This document shows positions 1 to 7,467 of a stretch of DNA of 37,720 nt, piece by piece. The stretch spans positions 1-37,720 of the IMG/VR virus record IMGVR_UViG_3300047282_000546. One strand, given 5' to 3'. The notes below the pieces were generated by a model. The model saw nothing but the letters and a program-made list of their open reading frames with translations. It was not told where the DNA came from and did no database searches. Numbering within the stretch: position 1 is the first letter of the stretch; every line of letters begins with the position of its first letter. This stretch comes from a virus. Taxonomy: Duplodnaviria > Caudoviricetes. The translations under genes and the position numbers were made by a program.

Positions 1-127
1 GCATCGGCACCACATCGCGTAGAAGCCGTGTCCTGAGTTGCCAACTGCTCAACCTTGACCGCGAGAGAGTTTGCGGCTGGTGGCGCTTTTCCTTTTGCTA
101 TTGACGCCTTGGCCTTGGCGGGTGCGC
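1..127 (+). repeat. Terminal direct repeat, copy 1 (assembly circular overlap)
   Basis: Identical to 37594-37720; 127 nt is a common assembler k-mer length. Confidence 0.95.
35..42 (-). promoter_or_regulatory. Putative late promoter for the capsid operon
   Basis: GGCAACTC just after the stop of 49..186 and upstream of the capsid leader (duplicate at 37628-37635). Confidence 0.6.
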
Positions 128-186
128 TTGGGTTTGTTCTGCTTGTAGACAGTCTTGCTAGCGGTCGTCTTGGCTTTTGCGGCCAT
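49..186 (-). CDS. Small basic protein (45 aa, RQGQG...RGQG type), absent from the ORF track
   Basis: Manual translation MAAKAKTTASKTVYKQNKPKRTRQGQGVNSKRKSATSRKLSRGQG; late motif about 20 nt upstream. Confidence 0.8.
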   Translation of the reverse strand: MAAKAKTTASKTVYKQNKPKRTRQGQGVNSKRKSATSRKLSRGQG

Positions 187-215
187 AAAAAATGGGCAAC
201 CGTTTCAGTTGCCCC
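187..215 (-). terminator. Rho-independent terminator with an embedded late-promoter motif
   Basis: GGGCAAC-tgaaacg-GTTGCCC-ATTTTTT on the minus strand after the tail fibre genes. Confidence 0.7.
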
Positions 216-315
216 TTTAATGCGCTGCGTTAAGGGTTCGCTGTCGGCTGTTGCGGAGAGGTTGACTCTCCAGCTTCAGCTGCTTGAGGTCGCGCAATCT
301 TCGCTGAAATAGCGC

Positions 316-507
316 TCACGAGGGCTGTGTGGCGGGCGGAAGCGGGTCAACCCAGCTAGAGCCAGTCCATAGCTTGTCGCAGAGAGATGTGTCTTCTGAC
401 TCAATGGGGATCATGTGAGGAAGATCAACTGGGCCTGAAAGTCTGGAGATGCAGATGCAGATTCCGGCTTCGGAAATCTGAGCGTAGTAATAAGACATTG
501 GCTTCAT
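316..507 (-). CDS. Small tail-fibre-associated protein
   Basis: YYAQISEAGICI...LWTGSSW pattern typical of small genes after tail fibres; start at 507 or 498. Confidence 0.6.
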   Translation of the reverse strand: MKPMSYYYAQISEAGICICISRLSGPVDLPHMIPIESEDTSLCDKLWTGSSWVDPLPPATQPS

Positions 508-512
508 CCGAA

Positions 513-908
513 TTAGTTGTAGGAAATAACCGTCCAACGGCCGGCGACACGCAAGGTTTCAGTGCTGGACCAAGCAGCGCTTCTTGGGAAACTTATCCTA
601 AGATTGGTAGAACTGGTTAGTCGGACAGAAAAAAAGCTGCTATAAGTGTTTGAAGTGTTTATACCCGCCAACGTAGATAGCAGTGGAATACTCCCACTAG
701 AGAGCACTCTTCTTAGATCGTAAGTTACAAAAGATTTAGCGGTTGAAACAGAAGAGATTGTTATGTCAATAAAAATCGTGTCTTCGGTTTCAGCCGATCC
801 TATACTTGGATTGATTCCGCCAGACTGTGTGTAACCAGCGTTTAGAAAGCCAGTCTGCACCGTTTGGATCGGGCTAGATGGGCCAAAGAACTGAGAAAGT
901 GTAGACAT
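513..908 (-). CDS. Putative tail fibre tip / receptor-binding protein
   Basis: Ser/Thr-rich beta-type sequence ending WTVISYN; low GC; overlaps stop of upstream fibre gene. Confidence 0.55.
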   Translation of the reverse strand: MSTLSQFFGPSSPIQTVQTGFLNAGYTQSGGINPSIGSAETEDTIFIDITISSVSTAKSFVTYDLRRVLSSGSIPLLSTLAGINTSNTYSSFFSVRLTSSTNLRISFPRSAAWSSTETLRVAGRWTVISYN

Positions 909-1477
909 CAGATAACCCTCCAGCCACGGGTGGCATCAACGTAGTAAAGAGTGACAGTCAGTTCGTCCTTATCAATGGTCATATTTTCGGCAAGGTTCAT
1001 AATGTTAGCGCCGTTTCTGCCAACAATAGTATTAGTATAGTTTCCCGCAATCGTAATGGCTACTTCCCAGCCAGCCAACGGAGAGGCAGGAAGGGTAATC
1101 GTTAGGCCAGAAGCCACGACTGTGCAGCGCTCGCGGTTGGCCAAAGTCTTGCTGATGGCCGTGGTGGTAATCGTGTAGATCGTGTTTCCAATCTTGCTGG
1201 TGGTAACAGCCCCATTGGCCAGCTTGGTCTCGCTTACAACACCCGCATCTATGGTCCATGTGGCACCGGAACTGCTGACGGTGATGTCACCTTTATCGCC
1301 GTCAGCAACGCCAGCACCGCTGCCGATTTCAACAATGCTCTCAACGCCGCTGACGCTCTTTTTTGTAAAGAGCTTTCCGTCGTACGTGTTCAGCGCTAGA
1401 GACCCTAGCGGTACATCGCTGGTGAGGGGCACTTTGCCGGCGACGGCAGAGCGCTTGAGAAGAATTGTGTTCGCCAT
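908..1477 (-). CDS. Tail fibre protein
   Basis: MANTILLKRS...G.LALN..DGKLF fibre N-terminus, DGDKGDITVS and AVTTSKI repeats, YVDATRGWRVI end. Confidence 0.75.
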   Translation of the reverse strand: MANTILLKRSAVAGKVPLTSDVPLGSLALNTYDGKLFTKKSVSGVESIVEIGSGAGVADGDKGDITVSSSGATWTIDAGVVSETKLANGAVTTSKIGNTIYTITTTAISKTLANRERCTVVASGLTITLPASPLAGWEVAITIAGNYTNTIVGRNGANIMNLAENMTIDKDELTVTLYYVDATRGWRVI

Positions 1478-1514
1478 CAGGCAGTCCTTGCGTGGCTATG
1501 TAGCCGGACTGCCT

Positions 1515-1522
1515 AAGTTGCC
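1515..1522 (-). promoter_or_regulatory. Putative late promoter
   Basis: GGCAACTT, intergenic, 37 nt upstream of ATG 1477. Confidence 0.7.
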
Positions 1523-1528
1523 TTCGCC

Positions 1529-2356
1529 CTAGAACTCGCCGCCGTCAATCGTGGCGTTGGGGCTCAGATAGTCAGTGCCATCTACCGCAGCGCTATAGCC
1601 CGATCCGTTGCCTTTGAGCAGGCCAGTGACCGCCGAGGTCAGGCCAGTGCCGCCATAGCCCACCGCCACGGCGGTGCCCTGCCACACGCCGGTGGCGATG
1701 GTGCCCACGCTGGTCAGGCTGGAGCCGGTGATCCCAGAACCCAGCGCTGATCCTGAAAGCACCTGCGTGCCGTTGATGTAGTAGCTCTTGCCACTAGCGA
1801 GGTTGATGTGCTCGCTGCTAGTCCACGCATCGGTGACATCGACCCACAGCCAGGTCTTATCGGTGGTGCCTTTGAGCACCAAACCGCCACCATCAGCGGT
1901 GGAATCATCCGGGCTGGTGACAGCACCCAGCTCAAAGGTCTTGTCATCCACCGAGACCACGGTGGAGTTGATCGTCGTCGTCGTTCCGTTGACGGTGAGG
2001 TTGCCCGAGACCGTCAGATTTCCCGACAGCGTGCCGCCGCTTAAGGCAAGGTAGACGCTGCTCAGATCAGGAATGTCGCCCGCCACCAAGCTGCGGAACG
2101 TTGGCGCTGCAGCTGAGCCACTGGCTGGACCCGCCAGCACCAGATTGGCATTGCGCGTGGTTGCCGAGCTGATGAACGCACCAGGGCCAGCAATCGCTAA
2201 GGCACTGGTGGCCGTACCGCCTGCACCGCCAGTGCCGAGGCCGTAATAGAGAACTTGGCTGTCTTCGTTAAAGGCCAGCTCAGCATTGGCCAAGCTGCTG
2301 GGCGCACCGCTGCCGCCACCAATGGCACGGCGTTTGATACGGATCGTGTTCGCCAC
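1529..2356 (-). CDS. Tail fibre protein
   Basis: MANTIRIKRR...L.NAELAFNE start, GNLTVSGNLTVNGTTTT repeat, IDGGEF C-terminus. Confidence 0.8.
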   Translation of the reverse strand: MANTIRIKRRAIGGGSGAPSSLANAELAFNEDSQVLYYGLGTGGAGGTATSALAIAGPGAFISSATTRNANLVLAGPASGSAAAPTFRSLVAGDIPDLSSVYLALSGGTLSGNLTVSGNLTVNGTTTTINSTVVSVDDKTFELGAVTSPDDSTADGGGLVLKGTTDKTWLWVDVTDAWTSSEHINLASGKSYYINGTQVLSGSALGSGITGSSLTSVGTIATGVWQGTAVAVGYGGTGLTSAVTGLLKGNGSGYSAAVDGTDYLSPNATIDGGEF

Positions 2357-2378
2357 GGGCTAGCAGGGTCTTTGAGTC

Positions 2379-2388
2379 AAGTTGCCCC
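2379..2388 (-). promoter_or_regulatory. Putative late promoter
   Basis: (TA)GGGGCAACTT abutting the upstream stop, 22 nt before GTG 2356. Confidence 0.7.
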
Positions 2389-2981
2389 TACCAGTTCCCT
2401 CCATCGGTCAAGGTCAACGTTGTGTGTTGATTGACCTTCCAGCTGCTGCTCGTGGCATCCCACACCAGCACCGCGTCATCCACCAGGCCGGTGTCATCCA
2501 CATCATCGAGATCAGCCAAGCCAAGGCTCACCACACCGGTTTGACCGTTGACGCTCTGCACCTGCAAGGTCGGCGGCACCTGAAAGGCAAACGCACCACC
2601 AGCGCGGCTGAGCGGGATGCGCAGCTGCGTTTGACGCTTCGGGCCAATGTCTTCAGTGACTGCCAAGATCACCGCCGTGGTGCCTGGAAAGCCAGCCTGC
2701 ACCAACGCCGCTGCACCTTCTAGATCAGCACCGCCCCAGTCCACCAAGAACACGTTCCAGGTCTGCACGAACGGGCTGTCCTTGTACTGCAGCTGTTGCT
2801 CCAGCTCCGGCACGCTGCTGATCACCACCTCCAAGCCGCTCACCGTGGTGCCGGCGCTCATCCCCTGCCCCGGATCCCGCACCACCAAGGCCGGCGTAGT
2901 GCTGCCATTGCCGAGGGTGTAGGTGCCGAGGTGAGCAGAGAGAGCCGTGGCAAGGGCTCCCCGTAGCGCAAGGATGTCCAC
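2388..2981 (-). CDS. Virion protein (tail-completion-like domain plus fibre-like C-terminal segment)
   Basis: N-domain with W.V.LV.W pattern; C-terminal SVNGQTGVVSL...L.DLDDV...DGGNW typical of fibre segments. Confidence 0.5.
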   Translation of the reverse strand: MDILALRGALATALSAHLGTYTLGNGSTTPALVVRDPGQGMSAGTTVSGLEVVISSVPELEQQLQYKDSPFVQTWNVFLVDWGGADLEGAAALVQAGFPGTTAVILAVTEDIGPKRQTQLRIPLSRAGGAFAFQVPPTLQVQSVNGQTGVVSLGLADLDDVDDTGLVDDAVLVWDATSSSWKVNQHTTLTLTDGGNW

Positions 2982-2990
2982 GCCTGGGCT

Positions 2991-3680
2991 TTAACTTGAA
3001 CTTGCCCCTAACAGGCGGCTGCCACTGGCCTCTTGGTTGACCAGCAGCACACCCGCTTCAAAGTGAATTGGCTGCAGGTGACCGGGCAGCTTGAAGCTGT
3101 AGCGCAGCATCGGCCGATCAATGTCCACCAGGCTGATCACTGCATGGCGGCTGTGACCTTTGACCGCAAGGAACCCGCGCAGGTTGCTGCCCTCCCAGCT
3201 TGGGGCCACCACCACCACCCCTTGATCGTCGCTCACCAAGGCGCGGATCTCCGGCAGATTCGCTGCGGCGCTAGAGCGTTTGAGCACATGCTTCCAAATG
3301 CCGATCAGCAGCGGCGGCAGCTTCTGCTCATGGCGCAGCGCCAAGCAGACCTGGGCCACCACGGCCGGCAGCTCATCGGCCTCCTCGCGCACCTCTTGGC
3401 GGAAGAACAGCCAGTCCTGATGCGTTGTTGCTTTGCCTTTGCGTTGATCGCGGTTGATGTTGTACAGCAGGCTGCAGAGCTGAGCGCCTTGCAGTTCCTG
3501 CAGCTGCAGCTGCTGCCGCTCTAGCTCCAGCAGTTGACGATGGGCCGCAAGCACCACCGCCACCTTCTCTTGGGCAAAGGTGGAGCGGTGGAACTGGCCG
3601 GGGAAGGCACGGCAGAGCGCCCAGAACAGCGCTAACCAATCGACGCGGCTTTGCTTCCAGTCCCCGGCGGCTGCTTTTTT
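2991..3680 (-). CDS. Tail assembly chaperone T segment (-1 frameshift extension of 3632..4204)
   Basis: Frame is open from the slippery site at 3680 into ORF 2991..3563 (KKAAAGDWKQSRVDWLALFWAL...LLYNINRD). Confidence 0.75.
   Translation of the reverse strand, partial: KKAAAGDWKQSRVDWLALFWALCRAFPGQFHRSTFAQEKVAVVLAAHRQLLELERQQLQLQELQGAQLCSLLYNINRDQRKGKATTHQDWLFFRQEVREEADELPAVVAQVCLALRHEQKLPPLLIGIWKHVLKRSSAAANLPEIRALVSDDQGVVVVAPSWEGSNLRGFLAVKGHSRHAVISLVDIDRPMLRYSFKLPGHLQPIHFEAGVLLVNQEASGSRLLGASSS
2999..3008 (-). promoter_or_regulatory. Putative late promoter
   Basis: GGGGCAAGTT 17 nt upstream of GTG 2981. Confidence 0.6.
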
Positions 3681-4204
3681 ATCTCCTCCTCAGAGGGCGG
3701 CGCAGCACTATCGGGCTCGGCGGCGGTGCGCTCCTGCTCAAAGAAGCCGAACAACGCATCCATCAACGGCTGCGGCAAGGTCATCGTTTGCTCCATGCCC
3801 CATTCCGGTCGCTCCAAGCGGTGACGGATCAAGGCCGTGACACTGGCCAGCATCCGCTCGCGGCCGCGTTGGATGTAGGTCTTGGTCAGCTCGGCGATCT
3901 CGGGCAGGTAGCGCAGCTTGATCGCCTCCTGCTGCTCGCTCATCTCACGGCCCACGGCAGCCCCTTCCACCAGGGCAAAGGCTTCCAGAATCGTGATGTC
4001 CTGCTCAGCGCTGATGCGCTGCGCCAACTTGGCCGCCACCACCACAGCGGCATCGGTGTCACCGGTGAGATCGCTGACGGTGATCACCTCACCGACCTGC
4101 AGCGACCCCAGCACGGGCAGCTCCAGGATGCCGGTGTCTTTGCTGCCAATCCGCTGCGTCTTGCGCTTCGGCGGGGCAACGACAAAGGGAAGATCGAGGG
4201 CCAT
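3632..4204 (-). CDS. Tail assembly chaperone G-like protein
   Basis: 190 aa helical protein with a slippery A_AAA_AAG near the 3' end and an overlapping -1 ORF. Confidence 0.7.
   Translation of the reverse strand: MALDLPFVVAPPKRKTQRIGSKDTGILELPVLGSLQVGEVITVSDLTGDTDAAVVVAAKLAQRISAEQDITILEAFALVEGAAVGREMSEQQEAIKLRYLPEIAELTKTYIQRGRERMLASVTALIRHRLERPEWGMEQTMTLPQPLMDALFGFFEQERTAAEPDSAAPPSEEEIKKQPPGTGSKAASIG
3674..3680 (-). promoter_or_regulatory. Programmed -1 ribosomal frameshift heptamer A_AAA_AAG
   Basis: GAG GAG GAG ATA AAA AAG CAG in the correct phase; GAGGAGG just upstream. Confidence 0.8.
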
Positions 4205-4908
4205 CAGCTCAGGCCAAAGCTGATCTTGTCCATGGCGCTCATGCCCTGCAGGCTGCCGTTGGTCAGGTTGCCGGTGCCCCGCATGCCGCCGCCGTGGCCG
4301 TTGCTGGTAGGGGCGAAGAAGTGGCCGTAGACCGGATGGGTCTTCAGCTGCTCTAAGTAGGCGGTGGGAGTAAGCGCATCGCCGTTGTCGTTGAGCATCG
4401 GCTCACCGTTGGCGTTGATCACCACCACATCGCCGGCGTCGTTCACCTTGAAGCGACTGCCGACCGCACCCATCAAGGCGTTGAAGTAGGTGATGCCATC
4501 TTCAGCGCCACCACTGCGGCCACCAGCGGCTTGAAAGGCATTGGCGAGGGCCTGCTGGCGATACAGCTCCGACTTTTCCGCCAAGGCTTCGGCCAGCTTT
4601 TGATCCTTGACCTTCACCTGCTGCAGCGCTTCGGCTTTGGCGGCTTCGGCGGCTTCTTTGATGCGTTGATCCATCTCCGAGCGCAGGCGCTCTTCCCGTT
4701 CTTGCGCTTCTTTGATGTTGCGCAGCTGATCAGGATCCAAGCCCTGCAGCTGCTTTTCAATCGCTTCGAGGCGGCGTTCGGCTTGACGGCGAGCCTCGCG
4801 TTCTTTCTCCAACGCAGCTAAACCAGCCGCACCCAAGGGTTCTGAACTTGGTGCAGAAGCAGACTGATCAGGTGGCGCTAACTCTTGCGTGTTGAGGGCG
4901 TCCGACAT
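4204..4908 (-). CDS. Capsid scaffolding protein
   Basis: Acidic/Pro N-terminus, ALEKEREARR coiled coil, HFF...G.GGG and SAMDKISFGL C-terminus. Confidence 0.75.
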   Translation of the reverse strand: MSDALNTQELAPPDQSASAPSSEPLGAAGLAALEKEREARRQAERRLEAIEKQLQGLDPDQLRNIKEAQEREERLRSEMDQRIKEAAEAAKAEALQQVKVKDQKLAEALAEKSELYRQQALANAFQAAGGRSGGAEDGITYFNALMGAVGSRFKVNDAGDVVVINANGEPMLNDNGDALTPTAYLEQLKTHPVYGHFFAPTSNGHGGGMRGTGNLTNGSLQGMSAMDKISFGLS

Positions 4909-4942
4909 GCAATCACATCACTACAGTTCAGACTAGCGCTTG

Positions 4943-6139
4943 TTATTCCGTGATCCAGTAACGCAGCGCACGGCTCTTGTTGCCTACAAAACTGAGCTGG
5001 CCAAGCGTATCGGTCTCCATGAAATAACTCGCCTCACTGGTAGTGCCGGCAGTGGATGTACCCGGTGCGATACCAGCAGGCGGCGCATAGCTGGTGGAAA
5101 CAAACAGCTGCTGATCCGCTGCCGACAGCCCGCTCAGATCAGCAAACACATCAACGCGATCCTGCACCGCTGCCGGGTCATAAGCGCCGTAGGAATCGGA
5201 CCACGCTAGGCCGATGTCTTGATACAGGGCACAGCTGCTGCCGCTGTTGTTTTGATAGGTGCTCAGCTCCAGCACCTGATCCAAACCATTGACGAACAAG
5301 GCTTTGCTGATTACCCGCTGGGCTTGCGTGGTGTCCAAGGCCAGCAGGCTGTTGAAGGGGCGTGAGACCTGCGCCGAGAAATAGCCCAGCCCCCTAGAAT
5401 TCATCTGTGAGCCCGTGGTGGTGGTCGGCCCAGAATCCACAGCCGTCAAACTCCAGATGGCGCTGCCGCAGCTCTTGAACGGATGCGCGGCAGGCAGCAG
5501 ATTGGTGATCGCCAAGGGGGTCGGCACACGGGTTTCTGTGGCTGTGTACTGCAGCGCGTAGAAGTTCCCGAAGCTGCTCGGTATAGCGGCATAGCTATAA
5601 ATCACCTCGGCACTGCTGCTGACTTGCGCGGTGTCCAAGTCCACAGCAAACACCACCGCGTCATAGATCGCATCCAGCACCTGCGAGCGTGCAGTCGTGA
5701 TCACCGGGCCAATCGGGCCATACTCTTGGCCGTTTAAGCCTTGGAAGTCGAAATACTGATAGGTGACGGAAGCGGCATGGGTGACCGTGTGCGAGCGCAG
5801 GGCCAGCAGATAGGCCACGCCATTGATCACATGCCGCGACAGCACCGCCAAGCCATTGGCCTCGGTGATCGTCTCGCTTTGTGCCGTGATCACGGTGTCG
5901 GCGCTGATGTCCGTGACCGCTGTGATCAGCAGATTGAGCATCCCCTTGGAGGCCATCGGCGCCAACGTGCGCGGCACGTCGTTGTAGATGTCCAGCACCT
6001 CCACCACGCCGCCGAGCTGAGCGCCGCTGTAGATCTCCACCTGACTGGTGCTGTCCGGCCCGACAAAAAACACGGGCACCAACTCACCCGTGATTGGGCG
6101 TCTGGCTGCCGGCCGAAACCGTGCAACCGGTCTAACCAC
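4943..6139 (-). CDS. Putative minor tail/structural protein
   Basis: 398 aa, beta-rich, within the tail module; no family recognised. Confidence 0.55.
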   Translation of the reverse strand: MVRPVARFRPAARRPITGELVPVFFVGPDSTSQVEIYSGAQLGGVVEVLDIYNDVPRTLAPMASKGMLNLLITAVTDISADTVITAQSETITEANGLAVLSRHVINGVAYLLALRSHTVTHAASVTYQYFDFQGLNGQEYGPIGPVITTARSQVLDAIYDAVVFAVDLDTAQVSSSAEVIYSYAAIPSSFGNFYALQYTATETRVPTPLAITNLLPAAHPFKSCGSAIWSLTAVDSGPTTTTGSQMNSRGLGYFSAQVSRPFNSLLALDTTQAQRVISKALFVNGLDQVLELSTYQNNSGSSCALYQDIGLAWSDSYGAYDPAAVQDRVDVFADLSGLSAADQQLFVSTSYAPPAGIAPGTSTAGTTSEASYFMETDTLGQLSFVGNKSRALRYWITE

Positions 6140-6290
6140 GCAGCAGCTGGGCCGTCTTGGCCGCTGTGATCTTGGCCTGCTGCCTGAGATTCATCGCAAT
6201 CCGGTTGGCCTCCACCTGCTCCTGCAAGCGTTGCCTCAGGTCGCTGGTGCCACCACCGCTGACCTGCACATTCACCTGCGCGTCAGCCAT
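6132..6290 (-). CDS. Small hypothetical protein (52 aa), absent from the ORF track
   Basis: MADAQVNVQVSGGGTSDLRQRLQEQVEANR...; TGATG coupling to the upstream gene; fills the gap exactly. Confidence 0.7.
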   Translation of the reverse strand: MADAQVNVQVSGGGTSDLRQRLQEQVEANRIAMNLRQQAKITAAKTAQLLRG

Positions 6291-6985
6291 CAGTCATTCA
6301 CCGCCAGCTTGACGCTGTAGCCCACGGTCTGGCCGTTGCTGATCGTGACCGCTGCGGTTTCACTGAGCACGCCGTAGACACTGCCGGCGCACTTGCGGAT
6401 GCGCAGGGTGCCGCTGCCAGTGCTGGTGATGTTGACCTTGTTGCCACTGCCCACCGAGCTGCCGGTGTGCAGGGTGATCGTGGAGCTGGTCACGCTGTCC
6501 ACGTAGTACAGGGAGCCAGCGGTGAGACCACCCGGCAGGGTGCCGCCGCTATCGACGGTGACGGTGACCGGATCGCTATCGCTGAGGCCATGGCTGGCCA
6601 CGGTGATCACATCCGTGGCGGGATCCACGGCACTGCTGGCCGTCAGGGCGCCGCCGGCTTGGCCATCAGCGGCTGCATTAATTAGCAGCACCACATGGGT
6701 GTAGGTCAGGTTGCCGCCGTTGGCGCTGAACTCCACGCTCACCGAGTCCTGCTCGTAGCGGGTGTTGGTGGCGCTGTAGCTGCCGCCGGTCAACGCCGCA
6801 CTTTGAAAACGGGCGTAGCCATTGGTGCCTTCCGTCAGCTCGTACTGCAGCCAAGCGGCAATGCCGGCATCGGTGACAGGGGCTGTCGCCGCGTTGACGA
6901 GGGCAGCGGTGAGCACCTTGCCGCTGTAGGCCGCCGACATCACGCGAGCCATTTCAGCCTGAGTCAGGGCGCTGGTAACTGCCAT
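6290..6985 (-). CDS. Minor tail protein with inserted beta-sandwich
   Basis: E..GTNGYAR motif; ITVASHGLSDSDPVTV...LPGGLTAGSLYYV insert common in phage tail proteins. Confidence 0.65.
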   Translation of the reverse strand: MAVTSALTQAEMARVMSAAYSGKVLTAALVNAATAPVTDAGIAAWLQYELTEGTNGYARFQSAALTGGSYSATNTRYEQDSVSVEFSANGGNLTYTHVVLLINAAADGQAGGALTASSAVDPATDVITVASHGLSDSDPVTVTVDSGGTLPGGLTAGSLYYVDSVTSSTITLHTGSSVGSGNKVNITSTGSGTLRIRKCAGSVYGVLSETAAVTISNGQTVGYSVKLAVND

Positions 6986-7004
6986 GGATCAACCTCTATG
7001 CCTG

Positions 7005-7012
7005 AACTTGCC
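7005..7012 (-). promoter_or_regulatory. Putative late promoter
   Basis: GGCAAGTT directly after stop 7013, 19 nt before ATG 6985. Confidence 0.65.
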
Positions 7013-7453
7013 TTAATCAGGCTGAGCAAAGAGATTGAGGTTGTAGGTCTTGGTGCTACCTGAATTGAGCGTGACCAGTGAAGGCTCGTGAATCACGCCA
7101 ACAAATGGCAATGCGTGATCAGGTGGCGATGCGCCGGGGCTAATCGCAGGAACCACATAGATCAGCACATCTGTATAGCTTACGGCTGATGCGTAGCTCA
7201 GCTCAATTTCAAGCAACGGCAGCGTAGCTTTTGAGGTTTGTGTGGCGTCATAGGCAACCGTGCCACCTGTGAAGAACAAGTCAAACTCAGAATCCAAGGC
7301 GTAGACAAGCCAACTCGACCAAGGATCCGTTAATGCCGGAGCAGGCGATGCTCCTGTTGTATCGGCAAGCACCGTGCCAAAGGTCGCACCTTGATACAGC
7401 CACCACAAAGCACCCAATGACACCTCACGATTGGTGGTGAACGTGGCTGTCAT
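7013..7453 (-). CDS. Minor tail protein
   Basis: 146 aa; C-terminus (GVIHEPSLVTLNSGSTKTY) resembles the end of 6290..6985 (GVLSETAAVTISNGQTVGY). Confidence 0.55.
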   Translation of the reverse strand: MTATFTTNREVSLGALWWLYQGATFGTVLADTTGASPAPALTDPWSSWLVYALDSEFDLFFTGGTVAYDATQTSKATLPLLEIELSYASAVSYTDVLIYVVPAISPGASPPDHALPFVGVIHEPSLVTLNSGSTKTYNLNLFAQPD

Positions 7454-7467
7454 TTGTGAGTTCTTCT

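Noticed and set aside
230-319. 29-codon GTG ORF after the fibre genes
   Set aside because: Too short and low-complexity to support
316-2356. Diversity-generating retroelement targeting the fibres
   Set aside because: No reverse transcriptase and no template/variable repeat pair seen
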